Assembly (NCBI RefSeq): GCF_009914755.1
Contig: NC_060939.1
Strand: one strand, 5' to 3'
DNA: 64,000 bases
Source: the human T2T-CHM13v2.0 reference genome, Homo sapiens
Shown piece after piece: positions 1 through 14,109 of this stretch. Numbering within the stretch: position 1 is the first letter of the stretch; each line of letters opens with the position of its first letter. Under the pieces are notes generated by a model. That model did no database searches. It saw only the letters and a list, made by a program, of their open reading frames with translations, and had not been told where the DNA came from. A program made the translations under genes and the position numbers.

Positions 1-2058
1 AACATCTTGTTTCTCCTCTGTTTATGAAGCTTAGTTTGGCTGGATATGAAATTCTTGGTTTGAATTTCTTTTCTTTAAGGATGTGAATATAGGCCCCCAA
101 TCTCTTTTGGCTTGCAAGATTTCTACTGAAAGGTCTGCTGTTAGCCTGAAGGGGTTCCCTTTGTATGTTACCCAACCCTTCTCTCTAGCTTTCTTTAATA
201 TTTTTTCTTTCATGTTGACCTTGGAGAATCTGATGACTACGTGTCTTGGACATGGGCATCTTATATGGTATCTTGCTAGGGTTCTCTGAATCTCCTGAAT
301 TTACATTTTGACCTCTCTAGTGACACTGAGGAAATTTCCATAGAAAATATCCTCAAATATGTTTTCCAAAAAGCTTCTTCTCTCTCCCTCTCTTTCTAAG
401 ATGGCATTGGGTCATATATTTGTTTTTTTTTTTTAATATAATCCCCTGTTTCTCAGAGGTTTTGTAGGTTTGTTCATTTTTTAAATTCTTTTTTCTTTTT
501 TTGTCTGAGTCGATTTGAAGAACTGGTCTTCAAGCTCTAAAATTCTTACCTCAGCTTGGTTCATTCTGCTGTTAATACTTCTGATCATATTATGAAATTC
601 TTGTAGAGAGTTTTTCAGCTCTAGAAGATCAGTTTGGTTCTTGTGAAAAATTGCTATTTTATCTTTCAGCTATAGTATTATTATATTGGATTTCTCAGAT
701 TCCTTGGATTGGGTTTCAGCTTTCTCCTGAATCTTAGTGATCTTGGCCATCCAGATTCTGAATACATGTCTACCATTTCAGCCATTTCAGTCTGGGTAAG
801 AACCATTGCTGGGGAGCTAGTGCAGTCATTTGGAGGTAAGAAGACACTCTGGCTTTGGAGTTGCCAGAGTTCTTACACTGGTTTTTTTCTCATCTTTCTG
901 GGCTGATATTCCTTTAATCTTTGAAGTTGTTGTCCTTTGGATAAGGGTTTTGCTTTTATTGTCTTTGATACCCTTGAGGGCTTGACTGTGTTATAAGTTG
1001 TGTTTAGTCGACTGGCTTCATTTCTGGATGATTTCAGGGGCCAAGGCTCAGCTCAATACTCCTAGCCTGTGTGCTCTAACCCTGTGGGGGATGGAGCCAG
1101 GCCTGCAGCTTTTTTCTCTGGCTCCTCGAAGTTAGGAACCTGTTGTACTGGAGGGGTCAAGATGTGCCCAGTTCACTGGCAGCAACAGTCCAATGAGAGG
1201 TGCTGGTAAAAGCACTTGAACAGGAAAGCAGTGGGCAGCAGGTGTTCCTGTACATGCACCAGCAGTGGGTCCTGCACATGCACACACATGGCTGAAGCAG
1301 CACGGGGAGGTGCAGGTGGGTATGCACCAGTGGAGGAGTTCTATCGGTGGGTGCTTGCAGCAGGGGCCTGCCTTCAGAAGCTCTCCAACTGTTAGATAGA
1401 GTCTAATGATGAAAGAGCTATGGTGATGGCCACTGGCAAGCACCTTGACTTGGCAGCTGATGCCACACTGCATGCAGGTGTGGCCAAGCAGGGACCCTGG
1501 GATAGGCTGACAGACTGGGGGGCACTCAGATCAGACTGTCCCCATCCCACAGGCAAGATAGCCCTGCTCTGTTTAGGTATGACACTCAACAAAGATGAAA
1601 ACCACATAGAGGAGCATGGAGAGCCTTGTGGGTTGGGCACCTATGGCTGTGCTCCATTGCAACTGTTCCTGCCAAACCCTCTGGGCTCCATGCAGGCTGG
1701 AAGTCTGTCTCCACCAATTCTCCAGGCAGTTACCCCTGCCAGCTCGAATGTCTGTGGCAGTCCTGGGGTTTCCTGCAGCTAGGATTTCAAAGGTCCATGG
1801 TGAGAATAGGCCACTCCACATCTATTTAACTCATCCCTTCCCCAGGAGCTGCTTGGGGCCAGGAATGAGTCCTGGTGCTCCCAGGACTGTGCAGGGTTCC
1901 CAGATTCCTCCTCTTTTAGCCCAGGGTTTGCATCCTCCCTCTGTCCACTCTCAATGACTTCTTTCCAAAGATCTGTTTGGAGTGTGCCAGTCTACTTGAT
2001 GGTCTGGTCTCTTTCAGCGGGAGAAACTCCCTGGCTGCATCTAGTTGGCCATCTTGGC
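1..2058 (-). mobile_element. 5' part (5'UTR + decayed ORF1) of an old primate L1 (L1PA13-16/L1P4 type); continues beyond the window start
   Basis: Minus ORF 31-213 MKEKILKKAREKGWVTYKGNPFRLTADLS..RDWGPIF matches the L1 ORF1p C-terminal region; reverse complement at 2030-2058 reads GCCAAGATGGCCAACTAGATGCAGC, an L1 5' terminus with YY1 site. Confidence 0.88.
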
Positions 2059-2269
2059 TTTTATTGATTTATCATTTTATTCTGAACTTTAATCATTTCT
2101 CTTTCATGTTTTGTGAGCATATTCTGTTTGTAATGTTTTTCATTTATCTTATGATGTCTTTGATCAGAAGAAGTTGTTTATTTTAACATAAATTTTTAAA
2201 TCTTTTTTTTAATGAGACATAACCTAAAGATTCCAAAGGGCTTTATGTGGAAAAAACATTTAATAATAA

Positions 2270-3020
2270 CCGTTCTTGTTAATAATGATGATTTTTTCCT
2301 TTTTAATCTTTGTATTCTTTATTTCTTTTTCTTATTATGTGGTCAGCATATTTTTGAGGAGAGATGATGGGTGTTTTACTTTCTTTTGAATTTAAAGAAA
2401 ATGTTTTTAAATTTTCTTGTTAATGATGTTGTTCACTATCAGGATTTGTTTTGTTTTCTTTACATGCTGTGTGTCCAAGTTTAAAAGTTGCCTTCTCTTC
2501 CTAAATTGCCAGAGTGATTTTTGTTGTCATTTTGTTTTTTGCTTTTGTCTTTGTCTTTAAATCAGGATGTAATGTCTAATTTTATTGAATGCTTTTTTTT
2601 TTCTGCATAAGTTGAAATCATCATTTTTTTTCCCTTAAGGAGTGAATTAACGGTGAATTACATCATTTTCTTAAGATGGGTTTTTTTTTGTTGTTAACCC
2701 AACCTTGCATGCCTGGATTAAATCCAACATAGCAGTGCTCTATTTCTGTTTAATACATTGGTGGATCTAGTTTGTTAGTACCTCATTTAGAATTTTTGTA
2801 TCTATGTTTATGAGTGAGGCAAGCATACAATTTTCTTTTTTCATGCTATTCTCAGGTTGTGGTTATGCCAGCCTCAAAAACTAGTAGGGGATCTTTCTTC
2901 TTTTTTATCTTCTGAAATAGTTTATGTAAGTTTGAAAATAACTAGTTACTGAATATTCAGTAGAGGTTAGTTGCCAATAAAATTATCTAGGCCTAGTTTT
3001 CTCTGTAGAATTATTCCTTT
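2270..3020 (-). mobile_element. Ancient L1M ORF2 fragment
   Basis: Antisense L1 ORF2 motifs such as aaccaaccttgcatgcctggattaaatcc and aatttttgtatctatgtttatgagtga; boundaries approximate. Confidence 0.65.
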
Positions 3021-3617
3021 TAAATATTTTCTTTTACTTTTTATACTTTCTTTTTTGTTTAAAACTGTTAAATATATTTATCTTCTATTCTATCCTGGCA
3101 AGCCTGATATCTGAGAACAAGAACACTATAACTTTTCTCTAAATTGTGTTTTGCACCAAGAGAATTTTTCACATCTCTAATCAGTGATATTGTAAAAATG
3201 ACACATATTTTTCAAGGTAATTTCATCAAATGTCTCTCTTAAATATCTCTGAGATTTGGTGAGTAAGTATTATTAAATGAAAGTTTTAAATATAAATGCT
3301 TTGTAAGTAGAGGACACTGTTCTTTTATTTTTGCTGATAACAAGTAAGAAACCTGGGGCCTAGAGCTATTAAATGAAGTGAAATTTTCTCCTAATCTGAT
3401 ACATTTTCCACTCATACAATGACTGGGTCTAGCTTTTTTATTTTTATTTTTTTTTTCACGTTGAGAATGACTTTTTACTTGCCCCAAGAAAACGACAAGA
3501 CTGAACTAAAAACAAAAACTAAAAAGTGATCTAAGAACTAAAACAACAGCTGAAAATTCTGCCCTGTGTGTCAATAGTAATGGGATAAACTTTTCTTCTT
3601 AAAAAGGAAAGCCCCAA

Positions 3618-3743
3618 AGCACAGCAGCACACACATGCAGTCCCAGTTACTTGGGAGTCTGAGGTGGGAGGATCGCTTGAGCCCAGGAGTTCAAGACCAG
3701 CCTGGGCAGCATAGCAAAGGCTCATCTCAAAACAAACAAAAAA
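3618..3743 (+). mobile_element. Alu monomer (FLAM-like)
   Basis: tcccagttacttgggagtctgaggtgggaggatcgcttgagcccaggagttcaagaccagcctggg followed by an A-rich tail. Confidence 0.8.
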
Positions 3744-3959
3744 ACCCAGAGGTATGCCAAGATCTAAGTTCACTGTGTCTTTCATTTGAATTTGATTTTA
3801 TTGGAGATCTCTAACCTTGAAGTTATTCGTCACAAGCATTTTTTTCAGTTTATTATACAAATGTTTTACTTTTTTGGTATCTTATAATTTTTCATGCAAT
3901 GTTAGAATTTCATTAATCATGAAGTGGAAGCTCAGAGAAGTAAGGAAACTAACTGATTA

Positions 3960-4140
3960 AATTATAAGTATGTGCCTAGTGTACACGTACATTAATCATA
4001 TACTCCTCCTAACAATCTTGCAAGTTATACATTGTTGTTTCTACTTTACAGATGAGGAGACTAAAGTCATACATCTGTAAGTCATGGAGCCAAAATTCAA
4101 GTCCAAGTTTTTGTCTCCAGGCCCAGTACTTTTTCCACTA
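3960..4140 (-). mobile_element. MIR SINE
   Basis: MIR core tttacagatgaggagact and 5' end ..cccagtactttttccacta. Confidence 0.7.
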
Positions 4141-4279
4141 TTTTACATAACCTTTCTATAATTTTCCAGAGTCATGCAACTTAGTTGTAAGTGATATAAC
4201 CAAGACAAAAACTCCGTTCTTTTGACACCTAGTCCAATAACCTTTTACCATACCACACTGCCTCTATGAAAATAGAGGT

Positions 4280-4582
4280 GGCCAGGAACGGTGGCTCACG
4301 CCTGTAATCCCAGCACTTTGACAGGCCGAGGTGGGCAGATGGCTTGAGATCAGGAGTTGGAAACCAACTTGGCCAACACAGTGAAACCCTGTCTCTACTA
4401 AAAATACAAAAAATTAGCTGGGCATGGTGGCGCACATTTGTAATCCCAGCTACTCGGAAGGCCGAGGCAGTAGAATCACTTGAACCTGAGAGCTGGAGGC
4501 TGTAGTGAGGCAAGATCACGCCGCTGCACTCCAACCTGGGACATGCAGCAAGACTCCGTCTCAAAAAAAAAAAAAAAAAAAA
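4280..4582 (+). mobile_element. Alu, full-length (AluS/J)
   Basis: ggccaggaacggtggctcacgcctgtaatccc..gactccgtctc followed by A20. Confidence 0.97.
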
Positions 4583-4639
4583 GGCAAGCAAGAATTTCCC
4601 TGAATATTTTCTAAGAGTAAATAAAAAGAGTTAGATGAC

Positions 4640-5126
4640 TGTTATGAAGAAGATTAGTTGGTGGCCCCTAACATCTGTTAACTCTTCTCCCAAGTTTTAG
4701 CTGGGCCATGGCCACCTTGAATAAAGTCTAAAATTTCCTAGCCTTCCTGACAGCCATGTAGGGCCATGTGAATGAGTTCTGCCAATGGGATATACGTGCA
4801 AATGATGTGCCTGGCTGTGGGAAGCATTCTTAAATGGAGCATGTGCATTATCCTTCTGTTCCCTCCTCCTTTGGGTTAGAATAGAGATGTGAGGGCTGGA
4901 ATTGCAGCAGGCATTTTGGATCACAGGAGACCCTGGGAACGGAGACCGTTACTAGTCAGTCAGGAAGACAGGAGCCTAGGATCTTGTACCAAGAAACATG
5001 GTAGCAGCCCTGAACTCTCTCTCCTTCACTTTATATAAGAAAGAAATAAGTTGTTACCTTGTTTAAGATATTTTGGTTTTGCTTATTTCTTTTCCTTGTC
5101 ATAACCAAACTTAATCCTAACAAACA
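4640..5126 (+). mobile_element. MaLR LTR (MLT1J-like)
   Basis: gccatgtgaatgagttctgccaatggga, gcagcaggcattttggatcac, agaaataagttgttaccttgtttaag and end ..cctaacaaaca. Confidence 0.65.
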
Positions 5127-5947
5127 GTAAAATCTTAAAAGGAAGAAACTGAATTCAAAATCCTTTTTTTTTTTCCGATTGGGAAAAACAAATGTTTGTT
5201 AAAACTGAAGCTAATTCTTCATTATTATTTCTCTTTGGGAGTAGGGAAGTTGGAATGGAGCCTAGAAATGAAGTCTTGGGGTTTTAACATTCCCACATGG
5301 TTTATGTAATAAAAAGCAGAGCTTCGGGATGGCTTTTTAGAAGTTCAAGATGAATGGACTACAAAACCAAAATGGGATGTAATATCCAAAGTATAAAAGG
5401 CCTACACTTTGTATCTTACCTCAATGAAAAGAGTCAAGCATTTATCCTTTTTTTAAAACTCACTCACCAGCTAAAGCTACTATAGTAATTTCCTGTGACA
5501 GTCAAACTGACTAGCAACTTATATCATTTCACATGGAAGAGAGAAGAGGCTTTAAAATTATTTTTGCCTTTTTTCTAATGACTTTAAAACTTGTCAGATA
5601 CACTCATCCTTGTTTAGCAGAGCAGTATTTATGCACTGTTGACAAAAAGAAAAATTCTGTAACATTGCACAGAGATTTGATAAACTCAGCCTTATGTCAG
5701 TACTTTTATGAAACATAAAATTAACCATTTTCAGTAACTTAGCTTTTCTACAAAGACCAATGAAAATCTATCAGTATTTCAATTGTATCATTCAGCATTT
5801 TCAACACAGATGAATCACATTTCATTCTTTAAAAATTGAAGATATTATTATGGATAATTTATATTCAAGGCAAAAATATATATGGTTAATAGGGGAAAAA
5901 AGCAAGAAGAAGGAAATAAAAAGTTACAGTAATCCCATTACGTAGAA

Positions 5948-6131
5948 GAGTGGGTCTCAAATGTAAGCATGCATTGGAATCATCACAGTTTTGTTAAAAC
6001 AAATTGCTGGGCCTTACCCTCAGTGTTTCTGATTCAGTAGACACAAGTGTACCTTGCAAATTTGAATGTCTAACAAGGTACCTGGTGAGGCTGATGCTGC
6101 CAGTCCTGGGATCACACTTTGAGAAACATGG
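5948..6131 (-). mobile_element. MER5A (hAT-Charlie MITE)
   Basis: ttgttaaaacaaattgctgggcc..ttctgattcagtag..ctgatgctgcc..cacactttgagaaac with degenerate TIRs. Confidence 0.85.
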
Positions 6132-7024
6132 ACTTGGAGGAATTGCTCTTACCCTAATGGAGTTGGTCTTTTCAATCTTCCAGTTAGCAACATCTAACCA
6201 TTCTTATAAAAGTTACCAATGACATCCACATTGCTAAATACTAGGGTCACTTCTTGGCCTTTCTCTTTTTGACCTGTCTGCAGAATAAGCCACGATTAAT
6301 CATTCCTTGTTCTTGATACGTTGTCCTCATTTGATTTCTGATGTCTTCTCATTTCTTATTTCTTGAGCACTCACTCCTCATATCTTGGCCTCAGATGTAG
6401 GAGTGCTCCAAGGCTCCGTTCTTAGACTTCTATTTTTGTTCATTTACACTCAGTCTTTTGACGGTCTCTTCCAGTTGCATGGGTTTGAATACCACCCCTG
6501 TGCAGAACATTCTTATATTTACATCTCCAGGCTGGTCACACTTCCTGCATGTATAGACAGACTGACAGAGCCAACTTTCCATTCTGTGTCTCAGATGTCC
6601 AATAGATGTCTCAGATTTAACATATTCAATACTGAATACCTCACTCTGCCCCATACTCCTCCTGTAGGTTTCCCCATCATGGCCAATGGCAGCATCCATA
6701 TTCCAGCGAGCCAAACCAAAAATGTAGAGTCTCCTGACTCATCTAATTTTTTCCAGAAAATTATTTCAGTTTTTCCTTCAAAATATATGCAAAATTCCAG
6801 CACTTTTCTGGCTCTTATCCTAGCCAAAGTCACCTTCATCTCTCATCTGGAAACTGCGTAGCCTCCAAAGCATTCTCCCTACTTACACCTTGCCTCCTAC
6901 AGTGGCAAAAGGAATCCTTCAAAAATGTGTGTTATGTCACTTCTTTGCTCAAAGCTTCTCATTTCTCTCAGAGGAAAAACAAAAACAAAGCCTTTACAAT
7001 GGCCCACAAGATCCTAGGTGTTTC

Positions 7025-7538
<514 letters not shown>

Positions 7539-7974
7539 TCACACACTCCCAGCCACACTGGCCCCTTACTATTCTTCAAAAATGTCAAGCCCTTTTGCAC
7601 TTGTAGTTCTCCTTTCCTGGTCTATCTCCATGATTTTCTCCACCAATATTTTCACCTTTTTAAATTTTTTTGAAGTGTGGGAGCCTATATAAAATAAAAT
7701 AAAAAAAAAGCCATCCTCTAAACCTCTTACCCTGCTTTATTTTCTCCATAGTTTGTTTCTGACAAATAAAATCATCTCATTTAATTGCTTATGGTTGAAC
7801 TTACTCCACTACATTGGACCCTCTTTGAAGACAGGGACTTTGGTTTACTGCTGTATTCCCCAGGCCTGGAAAGCTCTGTGAATGTATGAACAAATGACTT
7901 TTTAAAAATCCAAACTTTGTACCACATGCAATATGGCCACCTAAAAATGCTGCTGCTGATGATAATAATGTTAT

Positions 7975-8155
7975 TAAAACAAATAATAATGATTTCCTGA
8001 GTACTTTCAGTGTATTTACTTATAGTACTCATTTGATCTCTACAATCTTTTAACCCAGATACTATGTTACACATTTTACAGATAAAGAAAGGAAGTTTAG
8101 ACAGATTGAATAGCATAACTAAGGATCCTAAAGCCAAAGTTTTCATTCTTAATCA
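7975..8155 (-). mobile_element. MIR SINE
   Basis: ctcatttgatctctacaa..cattttacagataaagaaa. Confidence 0.6.
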
Positions 8156-8231
8156 TGTCAATGTACAGCCTCAATGTGAAGTCTTCGCATACATTCTTGT
8201 GTACAGTTTTCTCCTCATTTCTCGTGTACAT

Positions 8232-8267
8232 TTCTTGTGTACAGTCTTGTGTACAGTCTTGTGTACA
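8232..8267. repeat. 12-bp tandem repeat TCTTGTGTACAG x3
   Basis: Seen directly; related partial copies at about 8195 and 8220. Confidence 0.85.
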
Positions 8268-8279
8268 TTCACAGATTTT

Positions 8280-9530
8280 CATAAAATTTTTTATAACTAG
8301 TACATCAACAGTTATGCAAACTTTTAAGAATTTTAAATCAAAACATAATAATTGTATATCTCCAAATAAGAATATTAAGAAATTAATTTGCCTAAACCTA
8401 CACCAGTTGTGAATAATTGTCAGTTTTTTTAGTGGAAAATAATATCTTATTGTTGTATTGATTTGCATATTTTAGCAGGTTAGGTTGAATATTTTCCCAG
8501 ATCTATATTTGCCAATGCTGATTTTCTCCTTGTCCTAATTTCCTGTTTATAACTTCTCAATGGGATGTTGACATTTTCAGTGATTTTAAAAATTCTTTTA
8601 CACGTTTAAGATGCTAATTATTGATTGCATATGTATTTAATATTTCTCTCAATTTCTGTTTGGCTTCAAATTGTTTATGTTGCATCTTTAAATGTATGGA
8701 AGGTTTTGGTTTTTATATAATCAAATCGATCAATGTTTCGGAAATGCTTCCTGATACTGATGTCAGAAAGTCTTTCACGTATACACATAGGCTTATCATT
8801 TCCCCTCATTTGTTTATGATTCCATTTTTACATTTATCTCTTGAAACCATTCGAGATTTGTTTTAATGGGTGAGTTGAAGTCCAGATCTAACTTGTGTGA
8901 ATATGTGGTTACCCAGTTGTCTTCTAACTATTTATTTAAAAATCCATTTGATAAGTACATTCCATGATATGACAGAGAAAGAATGAGAGAGAGAGAAAGA
9001 GGTTCTTGCATAAGTATCAATGCCAGATGAACTTTGTCCTTTTCTTTATGGAACTGATTCAATTCATTTTTTAGGGTACTTTTTCATTTTAGTTGGATAA
9101 CTAACATCTTCACAAGTTCAAAGTTTCGATTCACAATTATATAGTTTCTCATTTATTCAAATTTATCTCCCTCTGTAAAAAGTTGGAAAGTTTCTTTCAT
9201 ATAGACCAATAACATTCCTAGATGATTACCAATTATTTCAATACTAATGTTACTATCAAGAATAGAGTGGTTTTTCTTAATCTTTCCTCAATGGGCATTG
9301 CTATTTATCAAGGAAAGTGATTGGTTTAAAGTACCTATTTTGTAACTGACCACTTTTCTGAACTCTCTTATAGGAATGTTTGAATGATTTTTTTAGTTGA
9401 CCATTTTGGCTTTTTCAGGTACATGTTAATATTCATGGTCATATTAATAACATGTCTTATTTTTTCATATTTGTTATCTTGGCTAGCACCTTCAGTAAAA
9501 TGGTGAGTATTTGTGGTCATAGCAGAAAGT
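8280..9530 (-). mobile_element. Ancient L1ME fragment
   Basis: tatcttattgttgtattgatttgcat, aaggaaagtgattggttt..ttttgtaactgaccacttttctgaactctctt; approximate. Confidence 0.55.
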
Positions 9531-10169
9531 GTACAAAGAGAAAGTTACCAGTAGCTTTCATTACAGGAATCCAAAGTTAATTCATTATCATAAAATGTGT
9601 TAAAATATTCAATAATCACATTAGCAAATCATAGAAAATATCAGTTGACAAAAAGGATTTAATAAAAATTTAGTCTTTTCTTAAATTTAAAACTAAGATT
9701 AGAAATATATTTCTATTATGTTTAATGTTTTAAATGTCATACCAAATAACGTATCTATTTAAAGATGTATGTTTAAAGTTATATTTATCCACTATTTTTA
9801 AGATGTATCTATTTAAAGATACAATCGCTTAAGGCAGGAAGAGGGTAACCATGGTTGCTTTCTAATGTATTTGTTTTCATAACATTTTGTTGATCAATTT
9901 CTGTTTTTTCTTCTTTTTTATATTTGAAAATTAGAAATTTTACTTTTAAAGTAGAAACCATTAGTAAATAAATGTTAAAAAATACTTTAAAGTTAATGTT
10001 TAGAAAGAATTCATGTCTATTCTTCCCCCTTTAGAAGTGAGGAGTTGAGCAGAATTTTACCCTCTTCTTCCTAACCTTCTTCTTTTCAGAGCATTTTTCA
10101 TGGTTCTGCTAGGTAAAGCTACATCTCTGTGAGTAATATCAACTTCATTTTGGCGTCTGCACCATTCTG

Positions 10170-10606
10170 TCAAGACTCTCATGATCTGGTTTCTAACTCA
10201 ACTCCTAGAGCTCCACCTCCTGCCGTTCTCCCTTAGTGCTCCGACTCTAGCCACACAAACCAGCCAACCACCAGCTCTGCAGAGACCCCATGATCTTTCC
10301 CATCTCAAAGTCTTGCACAAGCAACGATTCCTCCTGCTTGGAATAGTCTTCACTTTCATCCCCTTTTCCTAATTAATTTCCACCTCTCTTTTATGTCTCA
10401 AATCAAGCATCACTTCTACGGCATACTCTGATAGTACTGTCTTTTTCAGTTATGGCCATTACTATAACTCATAACTACACATTTATTTATTGTGTGTGTG
10501 ATTATATGCTGCCTTTTTCCTTCACTAGTCTTTAAGTTTTATGTGGGTAGAGACTGTCTTGATGACCACTTTATCTCCAAGACTTTTTATTGAATAACTG
10601 AATGAT
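10170..10606 (+). mobile_element. L2 3' fragment
   Basis: catgatctgg..ctctagccacac..ttcctcctgcttggaat..gggtagagactgtctt..tgaataactgaatga. Confidence 0.65.
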
Positions 10607-11254
10607 GTGTATCTTAAATATTACCATGCATAATCATCCTAACAGTGATTTGAACTTACATCTGTATAGTATCAATTTTATTGTCCATTAGCTGGAGGAA
10701 CTTCTTTTAAATGGTTTTCTGTAAGAATGGTGAGGCCAAGAGGGATAATAAGGCCGCATGTAATTATATGTCACCTTTTCTCTCTGTCATGCAGAGCTCC
10801 TCCATGGGGATTCAGGTACATTTCCATGAGGCACAAAGGTTCTTATCCTAATATTAGACACAAAATAATACCCCAAGACAAGGGGGCTCAGCAATATCAA
10901 TTTACAGAGTATGGGTCAGATCAGAGAATTTGTATCAGATTTCCCAAGCACTGGGTCATTTCTTGATTCCTGTCAGCAACTTTAAAATTAGTTCCCAAGA
11001 GGCTTCTAGAGAAAAATTATTTTCTGCATTTTCCAATTGTTTTATAATGCTTAAAAATAAAATGTTAACCAAAACAGAATGACTCTTCAAAAACTTTGGA
11101 CCTTTTGTGGAATCCTGTTCTAAGAAAGATTATTTAAGTTTTGGAATTAAACCCCAGCTCTAAGAGGATGTTTATTTTTAATTGCATTTGGTTTCCTTTG
11201 TCCGCAATTAGAATATACTGCCATTAATTCAGCAATAATTTGCAAACCTATTTG

Positions 11255-11452
11255 CCGTAGTGTATTGGAGCTAGCTCATACCAGTTTGAATGTCAAATTT
11301 TCTGAAATTTTGCAAGCCATTTGTTAAACCTACAGTAGCTTGGAATCAGCTATGGTGGAAGTTTTACACCATGGAAATTGGCAAATGCTACAAATCATGG
11401 TGCTTTTTCCTCCTTGAGAGCTGACTGTTAAACATTTACCAGCATACCACTG
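11255..11452 (+). mobile_element. MER63A (hAT-Blackjack MITE)
   Basis: gtagcttggaatcagctatggtggaagttttacaccatggaaattggcaaatgctacaaatca; end gttaaacatttaccagcataccactg. Confidence 0.85.
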
Positions 11453-11750
11453 AAGCAGGCTTGAATTATGCAGTATTCCTTTGGGCAGTTTAAAGGTATA
11501 GCCTTAAACTCTGAGTAGCCTAATCCTTCACATGTGTGGTTAACCAAGAGAGAATTTGGAATGATGCCTTACTTCATGAATGCTTTATTATATTTGGTGC
11601 TTGACAAAATCAGACGAGACCTCCCTCTGTAGGCTAGACATATTTGAATATTTTAATCAGCAATGAGGCAAAATTTCAAGATGCCAAGAAGCTTAGAGGC
11701 CAGTCAAATGATTTCTACAACTGCTCATGTATTTTCTGCACATGCACTTG

Positions 11751-11771
11751 CACACACACACACACACACAC
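11751..11771. repeat. (CA)10 microsatellite
   Basis: Seen directly. Confidence 0.9.
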
Positions 11772-12559
11772 CCCTTACAGAATAGTCAGAAACTCTCTGC
11801 CTGAGTATTCAGCTCTCTGCTTCTGAGATTAATTCTTATTTTTTATATCTAAACAGAGCCCGAACCCCCTCTTTTTGTATGGAACAGATACCGAGGACTT
11901 AAGTCATCTTAACTCAGATGCGGAAGGGGCTCTTTTCCTCTTCATACAGCTCCTAATGCAAAAATAATTAGCAGTGATGCCATTCAATCAGAACATTATT
12001 CCCTCAGGGTGAGATGAATGGGCAGGTCCTTTGTTCTTCTTTAGTTGCTATAGTAAATAACAAGCTGGTACTTGTTATTTTTAAGACTTTCTTCCAGAAA
12101 TTTTTTCAGTTGTCTTATGTACATTTGTTCCTAAAAGGTAAAAATGATCTTTTGGACAACAATGCACACAGATCATATGAGACTTAAGTTGAAAATAACA
12201 GTTAACGGTTGCAATTTGTTTTTTTCTCTTTTCCCCATGAGAAAAAAAAAAAGCATGTGGTATACAATGAATATCAATCAGGCTCCAGGCCTGTAAAGAG
12301 GAATTTGACCACAGGTCTTTTGGAATATCACACAGCACTAACATTCCTCTATTCTGCGCAATATTAGCCATGGGAATGGCTGGGCACAGCACACATGCAG
12401 GCAGTCTAATGCTATAATACTTTCACCTACATTGTTGCTCAATTCTCATCTGGGATTCTGTTGCATATTCCTCAGAGCCTCTTCCACTAGGCTCATGTCC
12501 CAAATCTCAATCTCCCTCTCCTCTTTTTTTTTCTAAATAGAGGATCTCTCATTCTGTTA

Positions 12560-13633
12560 AGATATCCCATCCTATCTATTTTAGAATACCTTCTTACCCA
12601 TCTAAAATTCTTCATCTGTGCTCCTAATTCCCTACCAAACTACCCACTAGAGATCTGGCTTCCTCATGATGTTATAACATGTCCCCAATTGAAACTTTCT
12701 CATCATGCTACCTCCATCCTTCTTTCCCCACCTTCTCCAACCTAACGCTCTTTTCTTTCTGTTTTTCTTCCTTTTAGTAAATAGCATCTCTATCTCTCTG
12801 GTTGCTAAAGACAGAAATCTGGGAGTCATTCTTCATAACACCTCTTCCACGTCATCACTAACATTCAATTTGTCACTAAATCCTGTTTATTCTATCGCCT
12901 CGAAATGCCTAGACTCATTCCACCTCCCTCTGTATCAGTACGAGCCACCACCATTGTCTCAGCTCAATTGCCACATGAGAGTAGAGGGTCTTCCTACTTA
13001 TACTCATACCCCTCCTGCAACCCATTCTTCAGATGACAGCCAGAGAAACCTTTTTGAAATAATGTCACTCTCTTGCTAAAAGCAATTTGAATTTGTTTTC
13101 CATTGCACTTCAAATAAATCTAAGTTCTTGGGGATTTTAAAATCTTTCAGGACAGGCTCACCTCGTTATACTCGCCCCTTGATGCTCTTCCCCTCTTTCA
13201 CTACCCTTTAGGCAGATTGACCATTTGGTGCTTCCTTAATATAACCAAGTTTTGCTCTGGTTCAGTCTTCAAACAAGGCATTTTTGCTTTACCTAGATTA
13301 TTTCTTGCCTTACTCTTTTTCTCACTGTCCTTTAGCCATCATCTAGCTCTCAGGTCAAACTATATTTTCACTGAAAGACCTTCCTTGACTCTTTGTTTTT
13401 CTCAATCAGAACCACACCATCATCTTTCACTGCATCTTGATCTTTTTCTTCATGGAGTTTAGTAACTGGCACTATTGCATTCATCTGCATGCAATTGTTT
13501 AATGCAGTTTCCATCTCGAGACAGTAGGTTCCATGGGAGGAGCAAGCATTTTTGCTTCGTTCACCATTGAATACCCTTGTCTAATACAGTGCCTGGCACA
13601 TAGTAAGTGTTCAGTAATTGTTGACTAATGAAT
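12560..13633 (+). mobile_element. L2a
   Basis: agaaatctgggagtcattctt and canonical 3' end acagtgcctggcacatagtaagtgttcagtaattgttgactaatgaat. Confidence 0.8.
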
Positions 13634-13909
13634 CTGTGTATATTTCCCAAACTTTTCCCTATTCTCAGAGAATGGCTTTTCCTTTATCCTTTCTAAGAAG
13701 ATCCTTCAGCCTATATTCTGGGCATACTTTCTCACAACTCTTCAATGATTTAATTCCCTAATGATCCTCTTTCTGGCAGCTCCAATACTTCACTTTCACT
13801 GACTTTTATACTTTATATTCAAAGATTTAGACAACACTTCTTTTGCCCATTCACTCAACTCTGCTGTCTTCTCTCATCAAGCTAACCAGCATTCCCTTAA
13901 AAAAAATCC

Positions 13910-14105
13910 ATGAAGGAGAAGGTAGGAAAGTCATCTGATTGTAATGCAAGTTTGACCCCTGTAAAAGACGGGAGAAACATGGAAGGGTTGGGTAGGAAGG
14001 GTTTCAGTTTAAAGCAAATTTCTAAGAAAATTGCTATCAGACTAATAGGAGCCTTGGAGGTAAAGTCACCTGTAAGAGGAGTACCATATCTCTAAGAAAT
14101 GACTT
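13910..14105 (-). mobile_element. ERVL LTR fragment (LTR16-like)
   Basis: aatgcaagtttgacccctgtaaaag..ggttgggtaggaagggtttcag..aaagtcacctgtaagaggagt. Confidence 0.5.
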
Positions 14106-14109
14106 TTTC

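Noticed and set aside
1132-1957. Cluster of overlapping 80-120 aa ORFs
   Set aside because: They lie in the GC-richer 5'UTR of the old L1, where stop-poor frames are expected
6385-6861. 158-codon ORF with reverse-transcriptase similarity as a domesticated gene
   Set aside because: It is an L2 RT relic: non-ATG start, catalytic YADD decayed to CAEH, no promoter or splice context
10795-10815. 21-nt + strand microexon
   Set aside because: Good acceptor but mediocre donor (CAG|gtacat); expected by chance in 64 kb
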